Shown: positions 48,557 through 60,593 of the stretch, in pieces
Position numbering within the stretch: the first letter of the stretch is position 1
Layout: the number at the start of each line of letters is the position of its first letter
Source: Phoronis australis
Lineage: Eukaryota > Animalia > Phoronida
DNA: 64,000 nt
Direction of reading: 5' to 3'
Assembly (NCBI GenBank): GCA_002633005.1
Contig: NMRA01000237.1
Coordinates: 124,001-188,000 of the forward strand
Notes under the pieces: model-generated
What the model saw: the letters and a program-made list of their open reading frames with translations, nothing else
Databases searched by the model: none
What the model was told of the DNA's origin: nothing
Translations under genes and position numbers: made by a program

Positions 48557-48731
48557 CCACTCAGATGGAGGTTGAACTGTCTGAGCCTGAAGTGACAGAG
48601 GCAACGATACAGTTAACTGAGACGGTGCCATCGGGTGAGCCAGAAGTGGTGCCGGTGCCTGAGAAGGTGAAGCCGACTTTCACCACACCTCTGCAGCCAG
48701 AGATCAATGTACCCGTACGAGGTATTGCCAG
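48557..48731 (+). CDS. TTN: Titin-like exon: linker and Ig A strand
   Basis: acag|CC...GCCAG|gtaaga; phase 1-2. Confidence 0.9.
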
Positions 48732-49485
48732 GTAAGATATGTGCATTTTGTCGCCCGGAATTAGTTTATGTCTTTGATACAGAAGGGGAGTTAATTCCAA
48801 GCTATTCAGTGTATTTCTATGTGAAGCACTGGATGATGTTATATATTGACCATATTGTCTTCACTGCTCTTTCATCCAAGGCTTCGGTTCTAATCTCAGA
48901 CTGTACTCAAAACTGGACTCGAAAGTTGATCAATTGCGTGTCACGCTTCTAGTAAACTTGCAGATTTGTACTCGAATCATGCAACAGGATTGGTTGAATT
49001 TTGAGTCTTGAGTCTTGAGGTCTAAATAGTTATAGGAAGGAAATAGATGTGGTGTTAAGCTGTGTTGGTTTGTATGCGCATTGTTTTGCTAAATATGTAA
49101 GTTAGCAAGACACTACGCAATACTAGCCTCTCAATGACTTTAGAGGTTTTAACACAGTCCTTTTGAATTCATTCCTGCAGGTCTACAAGATGCAATAAAA
49201 TTTTACTGATGAAGGACACATTATGATGGACATGTGAAATTTTATTTTCTAATGTTTTATATTAATATCATAGGTAGCACTATAATAACGCTCTACCATT
49301 CCAAGTTCTGTGCTAAGAACAAAAAGTAATTTCGAAAAATTGTTGGCTTCGACAACAATGTCAGAAGCCACTGAGGAAAAAGGTAGGGCAAATTTGGCAG
49401 TAAATTATGTCTAAAATTGGTGCAATTTTACAATAATATTGCTAGTTGTATTGACAATGAACACCTCTTAATCTAATTCTTGCAG

Positions 49486-49703
49486 ACTTGAGTGCCAAGT
49501 GGATGCCATTCCCATCCCGACTGTCTGCTGGTACGTGAACGGTTTGGAGATAGAACCGTCACCCCACTATGATATCTCCTTCAAGGAAGGCAAAGCCGTT
49601 CTTCTGATAATTGAAGTGGGACCTCAAGACACGGGTGAATACACATGTCGGGCAGTCTCTGATGGAGTGGAGGCCATTAGCTCTACTACACTGTATGTTC
49701 AAG
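49486..49703 (+). CDS. TTN: Titin-like exon: Ig body (218 nt)
   Basis: gcag|A CTT...CAAG|gtatgc; phase 2-1. Confidence 0.92.
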
Positions 49704-49947
49704 GTATGCGGTTGCCTATTGTTTGTTTGTTTCTACTCATTGTATTTGTGTGTGTCAAAAACAATGCTTTCCAGTTATTGTAGTGTTGAGTGACTTGAAC
49801 TTGGGGAGTACGCTCTTTGAAACCAGTTTTGGTTGAAATTCACAAAGCGGGGTTTACTACCGTTTTGGGCAAGAGTGGAGATTAGATATGCAAACTTGAC
49901 CATGTTCATTTGTTTATTTTTATTAATTAATTGTGTTATTATGACAG

Positions 49948-50384
49948 GTGAAGTCGAAGAGCCTCAACCAATGGAACCACCCGAGTTTATTCGCACTGTC
50001 GAACCCGTTCTCGCCAATGATGGTGATGAAGTCGTCATGTCCGTCGAGGTCAGAGGTCATCCGCCACCGAAAATCTCCTGGTTCCAGGGCGATAAAAATC
50101 TTGAGGGCAATGAAGATTTCTTGATCACATATAACCCAGAAACGGGTGTCTCTCAACTGCACATTCCCGAGTGTTTCCCAGAAGACACTGGGGATTACCG
50201 CTGCGTTGCCACCAACCCTGTTGGTGAAGCAGTGTGCTCCGCATCCCTCCACGTGTCTGAGCCAAAACAGCAGCAGATGGTCATGAGCCGGGAGCAGATC
50301 GTGGTCGAACAACCTGAGGCTGTCCCAGATACAGTAGAGTTCCAGATCTCTCTGGATCAACCCTCCGTGGATATGAAAGTCCAG
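49948..50384 (+). CDS. TTN: Titin-like exon: full Ig and linker
   Basis: acag|GT...CAG|gtacgg; phase 1-0. Confidence 0.92.
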
Positions 50385-50638
50385 GTACGGTTTATTGTCA
50401 TTTTTGTCATGTCACTTGTGTGTTTACAAAACCTTGCTACTTGAGATTTTAAGCAATGTTACCTCAGACACTGCCATAAATGGAGTCTCTGTCTATTTTA
50501 GTGTTAAACTGATGTTAATATCAGTCACTGAATATTGAGTTAAAGATACGTTCAACTTCATTCCTGATAATCTCTGTTACAGAGCATTTTAGTATGGTGA
50601 TATAGCATTACTTAGTTTACATAAACAAAAGTACATTT

Positions 50639-52216
50639 GTGACCCACCACGACAAAATGAGTCTTAAGTCGGAAACTTCATTTCCTGACAAGACTGCAAA
50701 CAATCGCTATCGGTTAAAATTAGGTCAAATTTTTTATTGCAGATTATGATTATTTATTCATTCTACTCCACAAAACAATACTTTAAAACGATCAAACTTC
50801 ATTTTAAACCTTATTTATTTCATTTTGAAAAACATCACCTTCTCCACGACTGCATATCTCGTGAAATTTTCATCGAAATTTGCCGGTTTTCGTGTCCTCA
50901 TTGATCAGTCTTCCGATGACCCAATTTCGCTCGTAAACACATCAACAGAAAGGTCAAACTCTGCTCATTATGCATGTAGTAATCTCTTTGAGTTTTTCGT
51001 CCAATCATAAGTCGTTATTTCACTTTTTGCATTCGGGGTATTTTCAACAGAAGTGTCACTCACCAGTCTTTTAGCTAGCAACGACCTTTTAACCCAATGC
51101 ATCGCTGACCTCATTCGCTAGAACTAGTTAAGTGGGCGTGAAACCGTGGGGTCGCGAGCTAGGTCACGGCATGTTTTCAAGACAGTAAGATGGCTGGTCG
51201 CCGTGTAGCTGATATCTCAATGATTAACTCTTGCCTCTGACTGCCGTATCAAGATCAGCGAGAATTAACTGAACTCAACAGAGCACATTTGTTGATTGAG
51301 ACAAGGAGGAATTTCGTGACAGCGACGAGTCGTCTGACGGCAGCAACTCGTCGCCAGATGAGTTTCATGATCGACCCATCGCGAATACGGTTGCGTTGGA
51401 TTCCAAGTCGTTGGATTGGAACAAACAGAACTTGAAGAAAACAGTCCGGATTAGCTTAATCGCACAACAATGTCTTGTATCTGCAAAGCCAGTGGATCGG
51501 GGTGCAAGCAGCTGAATATTACTGCAAGAGAGAACAATCTTCGATAGGGCTGAATCACTCGGTGAGAAGTCGAGGAAATCGTTGCTCTTCAGTCAGTGTC
51601 AGTGGACTTGGATAGGGATGAGTGATTGTCATTTTTTCAAAATTATTCACACTAGCGTAAAATTTTGAATTATTTCGAACAAAAATCAGCCACGAACGTG
51701 TATTTTGTAATCTACAGGACTTCATTTTATTAAATTTCTCCAAAATACACTTTAACTACTTGTTTTACTTGCGGTAACCCCTCCTGTCACAAGTGGACTG
51801 ACCCTGTACACATTAGCTGGGAAATTTATTGACCCAGTTGCAGCAACCCAACATGAATATCACTCATTTTTGGCTGAGATTACATGATAAGGTCTATATT
51901 TTTTCTAATTTTTATTACTTTTATTTGTTTATGTTGTTGTGCATACTAATAAGTCTGAAATGTAGCATTCAACTGCAGGTTGTTATGGAAATTTTAAAGA
52001 CACTGTCGGCACTTTTCGTCGGCCATTTTCCTTGACTTTTGAATGCTCTAAATTTTCGCTTTCCCCGAATAGAATTGGCAATAACTCGGTCATTTGTGAA
52101 GATAAGGACATGTTTCATACCTGAAAATGATCAGAAAACACTGCGTTTTCAGAAAAAAATAACAATTAAAAAATGACAAATCCCGACTTAAGACTCATTT
52201 TGTGGTGGTGGGTCAC
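50639..52216. mobile_element. 1.58-kb non-autonomous DNA transposon with ~34-bp TIRs and ATTT target-site duplication (Sola1-like target preference)
   Basis: attt|GTGACCCACCACGACAAAATGAGTCTTAAGTCGG ... CCGACTTAAGACTCATTTTGTGGTGGTGGGTCAC|attt, one mismatch; no transposase ORF. Confidence 0.85.
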
Positions 52217-52428
52217 ATTTTTGCTTTCCAGGCTACATTTGTAAGCATAAACTTAACTATCTTGAAATTGACTTTATTCGTTTACCTAAATATCACCATA
52301 CAACTTCTGATGCTTAAAAGCATGTTTTTGATATACTTGTAATGATTTGAAATCACCGGAAGTTAATCTGCAACACTGCATTTCTCACTGCTTAACTTGT
52401 GTGTCTCACCTGTGTAATGTTATTATAG

Positions 52429-52509
52429 GAGCAAGAGCGTGAACAGTTAACCTTCCAAGTACAGTCACAAGTCGAGCAACTACCTGTGGAAGAGCCTGGT
52501 AGAACAGAG
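52429..52509 (+). CDS. TTN: Titin-like short linker exon (EQEREQLTFQVQSQVEQLPVEEPGRTE)
   Basis: atag|GAG...GAG|gtaagt; 81 nt, phase 0-0. Confidence 0.8.
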
Positions 52510-52706
52510 GTAAGTACCTATCTGTCTGCTTGCCACTGCTGGATCAGTTTTACCTTGATTGTCATTTTTAGGGATAGGGCGAGAGAGTTCGTCACCGCAA
52601 TGAATTGTGGGGAACTTTGGCATCACCATTGTTCATGGTAAAGACTTGAATTGATAAAATGTTCCAACCACAATTAGTGAATTATGCACTCAAATCTCTA
52701 TTTCAG

Positions 52707-53070
52707 ACTGTTATGGAAGAAAATATCACCATAGACCTGCACGCCGTTCCCACAGACACTGCTGAGGTCACAATCCCCAAAATCATCGCTCCTCAATTTG
52801 CTCAACCAATGGAGCCAGTGATCGTCGATGACGGCGATAAGGTGACGTTTACGTGTCGCATCATTGCAGAGCCTCCCCCTCGGATACGGTGGTATCAAGA
52901 TGAGACGATTATTGAAGAGAATGAGACCATCAAAACCACATTTGACCGTGATACGGGAATGTGCACGCTGACTATAGAGGGTGCTGTGCCGGAGGACATG
53001 GGCGTGTACACGTGCGAGGCTGTCAACCCTGGGGGCAGGGCGAGAGTGTCTGCTAACCTGGTGGTGAATG
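52707..53070 (+). CDS. TTN: Titin-like exon: linker and Ig (tandem array copy 1)
   Basis: ttcag|ACT...AATG|gtgagt; phase 0-1. Confidence 0.93.
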
Positions 53071-53476
53071 GTGAGTTTGGTGTACATTTGAAGGTGTTGA
53101 TAGAATTAGATCAATAGGTATTCCCTGATGTAGTTACAAACCATAAATTTGGCGTTTCATTGCAACAGAGTTTTTGATGGACAAATTCGGCACCATATCT
53201 AATTTATATGTGATGTGTACAGTTATTTGAAGCAGCAATTTTTTGCTGTTATCAGATTTCTTGGCAGTAGTTGGCCACTATTGTACTATAGAATATTGCA
53301 GCGACTTGTGCAATCAATACCAACACTGTGAAACGTCAATGGATGAAGAAAACCGTCTTTGTCAACTTTGCCCATCTTAACATATGGTTTGTGGGATCAG
53401 GTCAAGCTGAAGTAGCTTTTCCAGTCTTCCTATGCTAGAGGGTTCAGTGCAGGATGTTTTCTTTTTTCTGTCACAG

Positions 53477-53830
53477 AACCCCAAGAGACTGAGACTATAT
53501 CAATCAAGACTGAGGAACTGCATCAAGTGACCCAGGTGGAACAGACCGCGCCTATCTTTACGGTACCCATACAGCCCCAGCTTGCCAAGGAAGGCGATGA
53601 AGTCACGTTCATGTGTATCGTCGAGGGCGCCCCGATGCCCCAGGTCACATGGTATCACGAAAACAGGGAGGTGATCATTACGGATACGGTTACCACAACA
53701 TACAGTAGAGACACTGGTGTGTGTACACTGGTATTGAAGAACGTTCAGCCAGAGGACCAGGGAATGTATACAGTACAAGCAAGCAACCCTGTTGGTGCCT
53801 CAAGGGTGTCGGCTACCATGTTGGTTGAAG
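53477..53830 (+). CDS. TTN: Titin-like single-Ig exon (array copy 2)
   Basis: acag|AA...GAAG|gtatgt; 354 nt, phase 1-1. Confidence 0.93.
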
Positions 53831-54128
53831 GTATGTTTTCATATGGATTAAGCTTTTAAGATTTTTGCTGTAGTTTTCAGTTGGTGTTTTCGTTATATTT
53901 TATCATTATCGCACACTGAAAATTAAATGTAGTCTGAAAATATTTCATGACACACTGTGTTTTTTTGTTAATTTGATACTGCGATTTGGGATAATGTATG
54001 GTTGTTGCCCCCCCAGAACACATATTATAATATACTGCATTGTCTGGTGTGTTGTCTTTATTCTGAAGTAAATGAACGTGGCCATGATATTACATAATAC
54101 CACATCTGTGCATTTTGCTTCATTTCAG

Positions 54129-54449
54129 CCAAACCCGCTGAGCTGCCCATTGCGCCCAGGGAGCAGGCCCCCTCATTCAGCATGCAGATCCACCCCCAGG
54201 TGACAAAGGCCGGCGATGACGTGACCTTCATGTGTATTGTGGAGGGAGAGCCTCTGCCTCAGATTAAGTGGTACCACAATGAGACTGTTGTTGAAACCAC
54301 GGAGACGGTGACGACAATGTACAACCGTGATACTGGCGTCTGCACTCTGGTCATCAAGGGGGTCCTGCCGGAGCACCAGGGTGTCTACACTGTGGAGGCG
54401 TACAATCCTGCGGGCAAGACCAGGGTGTCGGCTAATTTGATTGTTGAAG
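54129..54449 (+). CDS. TTN: Titin-like single-Ig exon (array copy 3)
   Basis: ttcag|CC...GAAG|gtgcat; 321 nt, phase 1-1. Confidence 0.93.
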
Positions 54450-54800
54450 GTGCATGCATAATGACATTTATTATTGTGATCTTATGACTCTTTGATCGGT
54501 TGCAGTTTGTTTGAAGAAATGTTGCGTAGAGAATAGTCCTGTTGTTTCCTCATGTTTGGTTAATAAGCTATCTGTGTTATCATGAAACTTTACTTTTGTG
54601 AGACCTTGTTAACCACTTCAGTGACTTGTTTGGAGCATTTAAAGTGTCGGAACAGATTTTGATAAAGTTATTTGAAGTGTTATCGATGGTTGATTATTTC
54701 AAGTTTTCTCTTCTACAATTTTACCAGCAAACAACGTTTTCTACTTTCTCTCTTCTTTACTTTTAGTTTCATTCCTCTTATTCACGTACATTTTTTGCAG

Positions 54801-55148
54801 CCCCAGAGACAGTAACCATGACAACGACAGAGGTGATCCAGACTACCGACGTCGAACCCCATCAGGCACCATCCTTTTCAGTGCCCATCCAGCCTCAATT
54901 TGCAAAACAGGGCGAAGAAGCCACGTTCACTTGTGTGGTCGAGGCAGAACCAATGCCTCAGATCACATGGTACCACAATGAGACCATTATCGAGACGACA
55001 GAATCAGTGACAACTACCTATAATAGAGACACGGGAATATGCCAGTTGGTCATTACCAATATTCTACCTGAACACCAAGGTGTATACACTGTGGAGGCTG
55101 TGAATCCTTCAGGAAAGACCAGAGTTTCTGCAAACCTAGTAGTAGAAG
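54801..55148 (+). CDS. TTN: Titin-like single-Ig exon (array copy 4)
   Basis: gcag|CC...GAAG|gtacaa; 348 nt, phase 1-1. Confidence 0.93.
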
Positions 55149-55653
55149 GTACAATATTTTTACTCATCATTTACTTGATTGGAGATGTTTTGTAAAGAAA
55201 CACAAGACTACAACTAGATGTTATCATGTGGTGTTTTGGATTGCACTCAACAGCTTGAGTCATTTGCCACACTTACACTGTCTTGGTTTTTGACTTGATG
55301 CAGATAAAGTTTGTTTGCAGTTTACTTAGTATAAAATGCCATTCCAATACCTTTTTGTCTTTCCCGAGAATGTAAGTTTTTAATATCAACTTGATTTAGA
55401 CTCATCCCATTATCAGTGTTTCTTCAGTAGTAAGAATTGAAAGCAAGTAATTAACACAATAAGAAGACCAAAATGACATAGTGGTGGTTTATCTTCTATT
55501 CAATTATGTGCATTCTAGTAATTACATAGGACCCCTAACCCATTCGGGAGAACAGCTAGCTCTATTTTCTTTGTCCATTTGTAGTGCTCTTTCTTGAACT
55601 ACTATGCAGGTACTGAGTTCTATTTATGAAACAAATCTACCCATTGCTTCCAG

Positions 55654-56010
55654 TTGCACCATTTGAAGAGACCATCACCATCAAGACAACAGAGGTCACT
55701 GAGATGGTTCAGGTAGAAGAGCGTATGGCACCCACTTTCACACAGCTCCTGCAGCCTGTTGTAGTCAGGCCAGGACATGACGCCACATTCACCTGTGTCG
55801 TAGAGGCGAAACCAGCGCCACTGATCACGTGGTATCATAACGAGACGGTCATTGAAACCTCAGAGACAGTGACGACATCCTACAATAAGGACACGGGCAT
55901 GTGCCAGTTAGAGATCTGTAACGTGGGCCCAGATGATGTTGGTGTCTACGTCTGTGAAGTTGTCAATTCTGAGGGAAAGAGTCGCTCTTCAGCTAATCTT
56001 ATTGTTCAAG
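55654..56010 (+). CDS. TTN: Titin-like single-Ig exon (array copy 5)
   Basis: ccag|TT...CAAG|gtacat; 357 nt, phase 1-1. Confidence 0.93.
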
Positions 56011-56203
56011 GTACATTTCTACAATTCACTTCCTTTGGCTAAAGTTTTTAAGGTTATTATGAATACATCCTACAGACTGATATTCTTGAGGATTTTGTGG
56101 TATTAGAAATTAAAAGAGTGTGTTGGGAAATTGTTTTGGTATTGAAGTTGCCTTTAGGTTACAATGAACTCTTGGTGTAATAATTCTTCTTTTTTACTCA
56201 TAG

Positions 56204-56554
56204 AACAACCCAACGAAATTCTTGTTCCCACACAAGAGGTACGTGAACTAACGCAAATTGACGACATCGTTTCACCATCCTTTATCGAGAAACTTGAACC
56301 GCTCTCAGTGAAAGATGGTGAAGACGTTATCTTCAAGTGCGTTGTTTCTGGCAACCCTATGCCAGACGTCAAGTGGTACCATGAGGAAACCATTATTGAA
56401 ACCACCGAAGCCATCAGCACCACATACAACGTGGACACCGGTGTCTGTACTCTGATGATCTTGGGTGTCCTACCAGCAGATCGCGGTATCTACGCCTGTC
56501 GTGCTAGCAATCCTGCTGGAATGGCTCAGTGTGCTGCAAACCTGTCAGTTGTTG
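56204..56554 (+). CDS. TTN: Titin-like single-Ig exon (array copy 6)
   Basis: atag|AA...GTTG|gtaggt; 351 nt, phase 1-1. Confidence 0.93.
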
Positions 56555-56724
56555 GTAGGTTTACTTCTGTGGAAAAATTTTGATAAAATCAAGTTTCACT
56601 CGTTGGCCATATTGCACACTTAATAGGTGAAGAATTACTGTAATTATGGTTTCTAATTCTGTCTGCCATGATCACTTTCGTAATTATGTAGATCTAAATC
56701 CAGATATCTACCCTCCGTTTGCAG

Positions 56725-57195
56725 AAGAGTTGTCTACAGAACTAGTCATCCAGACAACTGAAGCGCCAATACAGCAAGACACTGCACACCGTCCTGCCCA
56801 CTCCTACGAGTTCCATGTGAACAGCACGCAAGACATCAAGAGTTCAGATGAGTCTTCTGTGGAAGTTATCAAGGTGTTCCAACAGCACATCATTGAAGAT
56901 TCTGATGAAGAACCACCCAAGTTCATCTTGCCCATTCAGCCGCAAGCCGTTACCGAGGGCGACGACGTAGTGTTTACATGTACGGTCACTGGGAAACCAA
57001 TGCCCGAATTGCTGTGGCTGAGAGAGGGTGAGATGCTACCCATGTCGGATCGCACAGAAAGCTCGTTTAACTCGGAGACTGGGGAGGCAGTTCTGAAGAT
57101 CTCCCACGTGACACCTGATGATGGTGTGGTGTATGCCATTCAGGCTGAGAACGTGGTCGGCAAGGCAACCATCTCCGCCAATGTTGTTGTGCTCC
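56725..57195 (+). CDS. TTN: Titin-like exon: linker and Ig (array copy 7, diverged)
   Basis: gcag|AA...CTCC|gtaagt; 471 nt, phase 1-1. Confidence 0.92.
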
Positions 57196-57606
57196 GTAAG
57201 TATGCCACCTGCATTCCAGGTGCTGAATGTTAATTTCTGGGAGATCCCATGTTCTGCACATGGATTTAACTGTTGTTTCATAGTACAGACTTGGCAAATG
57301 GTTTTTGCTTAAAGCTAGCTACTTGACTTACCAGAGGTTTGATGTCCTGAAATGGCTCGTCACCTTTTCTACTTAGGATATACCACCAGTAATTTTCCTT
57401 ATAATGTAGATTTATTTGTTTTAATTTGTTGGATCTGATATGCAACATTTTTGCAATCGTAGAATTCTATCGGGAAACTGACTCTTCAGAACAAGTAGGG
57501 CTTAATTTTTAAGATCTTAAGCAAAACGTGTTAACTTTATTGGACAAAATCACTGTTTCCTGACTTGCTGGACTCTCCTTAATGAATCCTGTACATTGTG
57601 TCTCAG

Positions 57607-57778
57607 CTCCTGGTGCTCAAATTGTCGGCACAACCACCACTGTGACACGCCAGAAACACGAGACAGTGATTGATGAGGGATCTGTCAAAGAAGAGCATAC
57701 AACCATTATTGAGAAGTCTCCCGTCTGCACTGAACATCTACCACCTAGGAAGGAAGCAAATGTTGGAGAAACTGTGAT
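57607..57778 (+). CDS. TTN: Titin-like exon: linker and Ig A strand
   Basis: tcag|CT...GTGAT|gtaagt; phase 1-2. Confidence 0.88.
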
Positions 57779-58173
57779 GTAAGTGGACGATTTGCTAAGG
57801 ACTTTTACTGGGAGGAACAGGTGTTTTACATGGGGTCCAAGAAAATCTTGGGTCTTCTTGGCAAAAGTGCACGTTACCTTGATGATGTAAGAATCGCATT
57901 TGCAATGGTGCTCATCTGTTGCGATGGACATGTTCAAGTCAGTGGTAAATTTGATGCTTTTTAATGTAGCTGTTTGTTCTTGTGCATATTTAAGCCAGTT
58001 GTTTAATCTGTGTTAAGTATGTTTTAGATGATGTACCTGATTGGCTCCCCGCCAAAACTTGCTCTCCATTTGAAACTGTCAAAAAATCTGGGGAAATTTA
58101 ACAAAAAGGTGCATTCCTATTTTATAGCTGCTGCTTTTAACAGTACCTCCATGTGTTGAAAATGGTCTTCCAG

Positions 58174-58391
58174 GTTTGAATGCACCTTTGAGGCAGAGCC
58201 TATGCCTGCGACCAGTTGGTACCATAACGGCGCTCAGATCATTCCCAGTCAGCGTCATGAGGTCATGTTCAACAATGGTGTCTGTTCCATGACCCTGCTT
58301 AATGTGGAGCCGAGAGATGCAGGAGAATATGTGTGCAAGTGTGACAACGAACTTGGCGAAGCAACTTCAAAGTCAACGCTTCATGTTAATG
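58174..58391 (+). CDS. TTN: Titin-like exon: Ig body (218 nt)
   Basis: ccag|G TTT...AATG|gtaagg; phase 2-1. Confidence 0.92.
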
Positions 58392-58814
58392 GTAAGGTTT
58401 ACTTGGTTATTTGAACAGCAACTCAAGGTGTCTTGTTCTGTACTTCACTTCTTTCTCGCCATATTGTTCTTCTTCATTATGTTTGTTTTTGGCCATAACA
58501 TGAGGATAAAATTGATAATCAAGGTTTATAAAATTCCATCTTTATAGCAAGTGCTCTTCAAGGCCTTTTATCACCGAAACATTTTATTGATATTGTCCTT
58601 ATTAACATTACTACCTGTATTTGATTACATTTACATGCTGAGGGTTAATTGTGTGGTTTTACTGTTATGTGTCATCCAATGCTTTCAGATTTTTCATTTG
58701 GTTGAATTGTATTATTCCTTTTACAAGTTGTTGTACTGTCTATAACAATGTTGTCGTGGTCAACAGAATGTTATGTACTGCGTTAATGCATCTTTACTGT
58801 TCTTGCCCTTTCAG

Positions 58815-59354
58815 TGCCACACGAACCCACCGAGTTTGTCTTCTCTGTGGAGACAGGCATTGACGAGACTGCACCGGCTGAACAGGAGACATCTTTCCAG
58901 TTCACCCCCAGTGCTGAGGAAACTGTCGGCATCTCTGAACAACAGGTAGAAGAGTCCTTCAACTTTCAAATTGAAGAGGCCAAGAAGCTTGCAATGGCCA
59001 TGATGCGCCAACATGAACCGTCCTTTGTGGAAGAGGCATCAACACAGATTGAGGCTTTGAAACCTGAAATGGTTGCTCCCGAGATAACGTTGCCTCTTGA
59101 ACCAATGACAGTGATGGATGGTGAACGCATCAAATTCCGTGTGGAGTTCAGACCAGAGTCTGCACCGCATCGGGTGACGTGGTACCGGAATACCAAACCT
59201 ATCGAACCAAGTGGCGACTTTGTTGTAGTCACTGATGACTCATCTACTGTTCTGGAGGTGTCTGAAGTTTTCCCTGATGATGCTGGCGATTACTTATGCC
59301 AAGTTGAGAATGAAGTTGGCATGGCATCGACATCATGTTCGCTGAGTGTGATTG
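58815..59354 (+). CDS. TTN: Titin-like exon: E-rich linker and Ig
   Basis: ttcag|TG...ATTG|gtaagt; 540 nt, phase 1-1. Confidence 0.92.
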
Positions 59355-59599
59355 GTAAGTGGAAGACAAATTTTTGTCTCTTTGGTGAGTGTTCTCAACA
59401 GAAAATGTATATTATTTGCCGAAGTTACTGAATAGTTATTCAAAATTCAAAAACTGAAAATAGACATTTGCATGCAAGTTATGTGGAACAAGCAAGTTAG
59501 TTGGAACAAGCTTTCATCTGTGAATAATTTGGAAACTGTCATGAAAAGCTTTGGTTTTATTTCTCGTACATTTACCCTACTTTGTTGATCTTCTTTTAG

Positions 59600-60088
59600 C
59601 CCCTGAAGAGAGTAGCTCTGAAGAAGAAGGTTTCAAAACTCCCGTAGAAACGAGCCACCTTGAGATTGCCAAGCCATTCTCTCCTGAGCTAAAAGAAGCA
59701 AAAGAAAAAACTCAGGTTCAGATGGATCTCGAAGTTTATGCTGCTGACTCTGAACACGAATCTGCTCCTGAAGATGAGGTCGCTGTAGAAAAACCCAGTC
59801 ATTCACCTCCAGTGTTTGTTTGGTCCTTGAGCTCTGTTAAGGTTATGGATGGGGAGGAGGTGAAGTTCACATGCGAAGTGAAAGGAAATCCTACTCCAAA
59901 GTTGACGTGGTACCATGATGATAAGGTGATTGAAGAAAACCAGGACTTTCACTTGACATATAACGAAGACTCTGGCATAAGTACGTTACTCATTGTTGAG
60001 GTATTCCCTGGTGATGCTGGCGAATACAAGTGTGTGGCAGAGAACCCTGTTGGTCAAGCAGTAACAACAGCTACCCTGGAAGTTGAAT
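59600..60088 (+). CDS. TTN: Titin-like exon: E-rich linker and Ig
   Basis: ttag|CC...GAAT|gtaagt; 489 nt, phase 1-1. Confidence 0.93.
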
Positions 60089-60593
60089 GTAAGTTGATCT
60101 CTTCTTTTACACTATTCATGTTGTTTTTATATCAAAGTTCAAAGAATCCACTCAGCTAGCTAGCGTTTACAGATCATTGCCATGATGTTGTTTTAACTCT
60201 TTAAAATATAAGCTTCACTTGTGATTACAACTATCAATCAGTACATTAAGGAACTTGGTGTAAATATTTTTGTTTTTTCAACTCTATTGAATGCTGCTTT
60301 CCCTTCGGGTACCTGATGCTTTGTGGTGCTAAATGTTGTTAGTGGTTATTTTCAAGTCTTCAGAGTGTTAGTTCCTCTCATATTTGAAAGAAAGTAGTAA
60401 TTAATTACTATTCCAAGGAACAAACACTGATTGGTGAAAATTATTTAGAAATTGATGACCAAGTAAAATAGTTTTTTATTCTTCAATTTTAGAACTGAAC
60501 TGGAAAATAATTGAATGTGTGTCTGTATGCATTTCAATTTAAACTTTTATTTGGTTTTTCCGTAAGAATAATACTGAATTGCCTTCCTTGCAG

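Noticed and set aside
50825-52035. Short ORFs inside the TIR element
   Set aside because: No transposase-like motifs; lengths are at chance level
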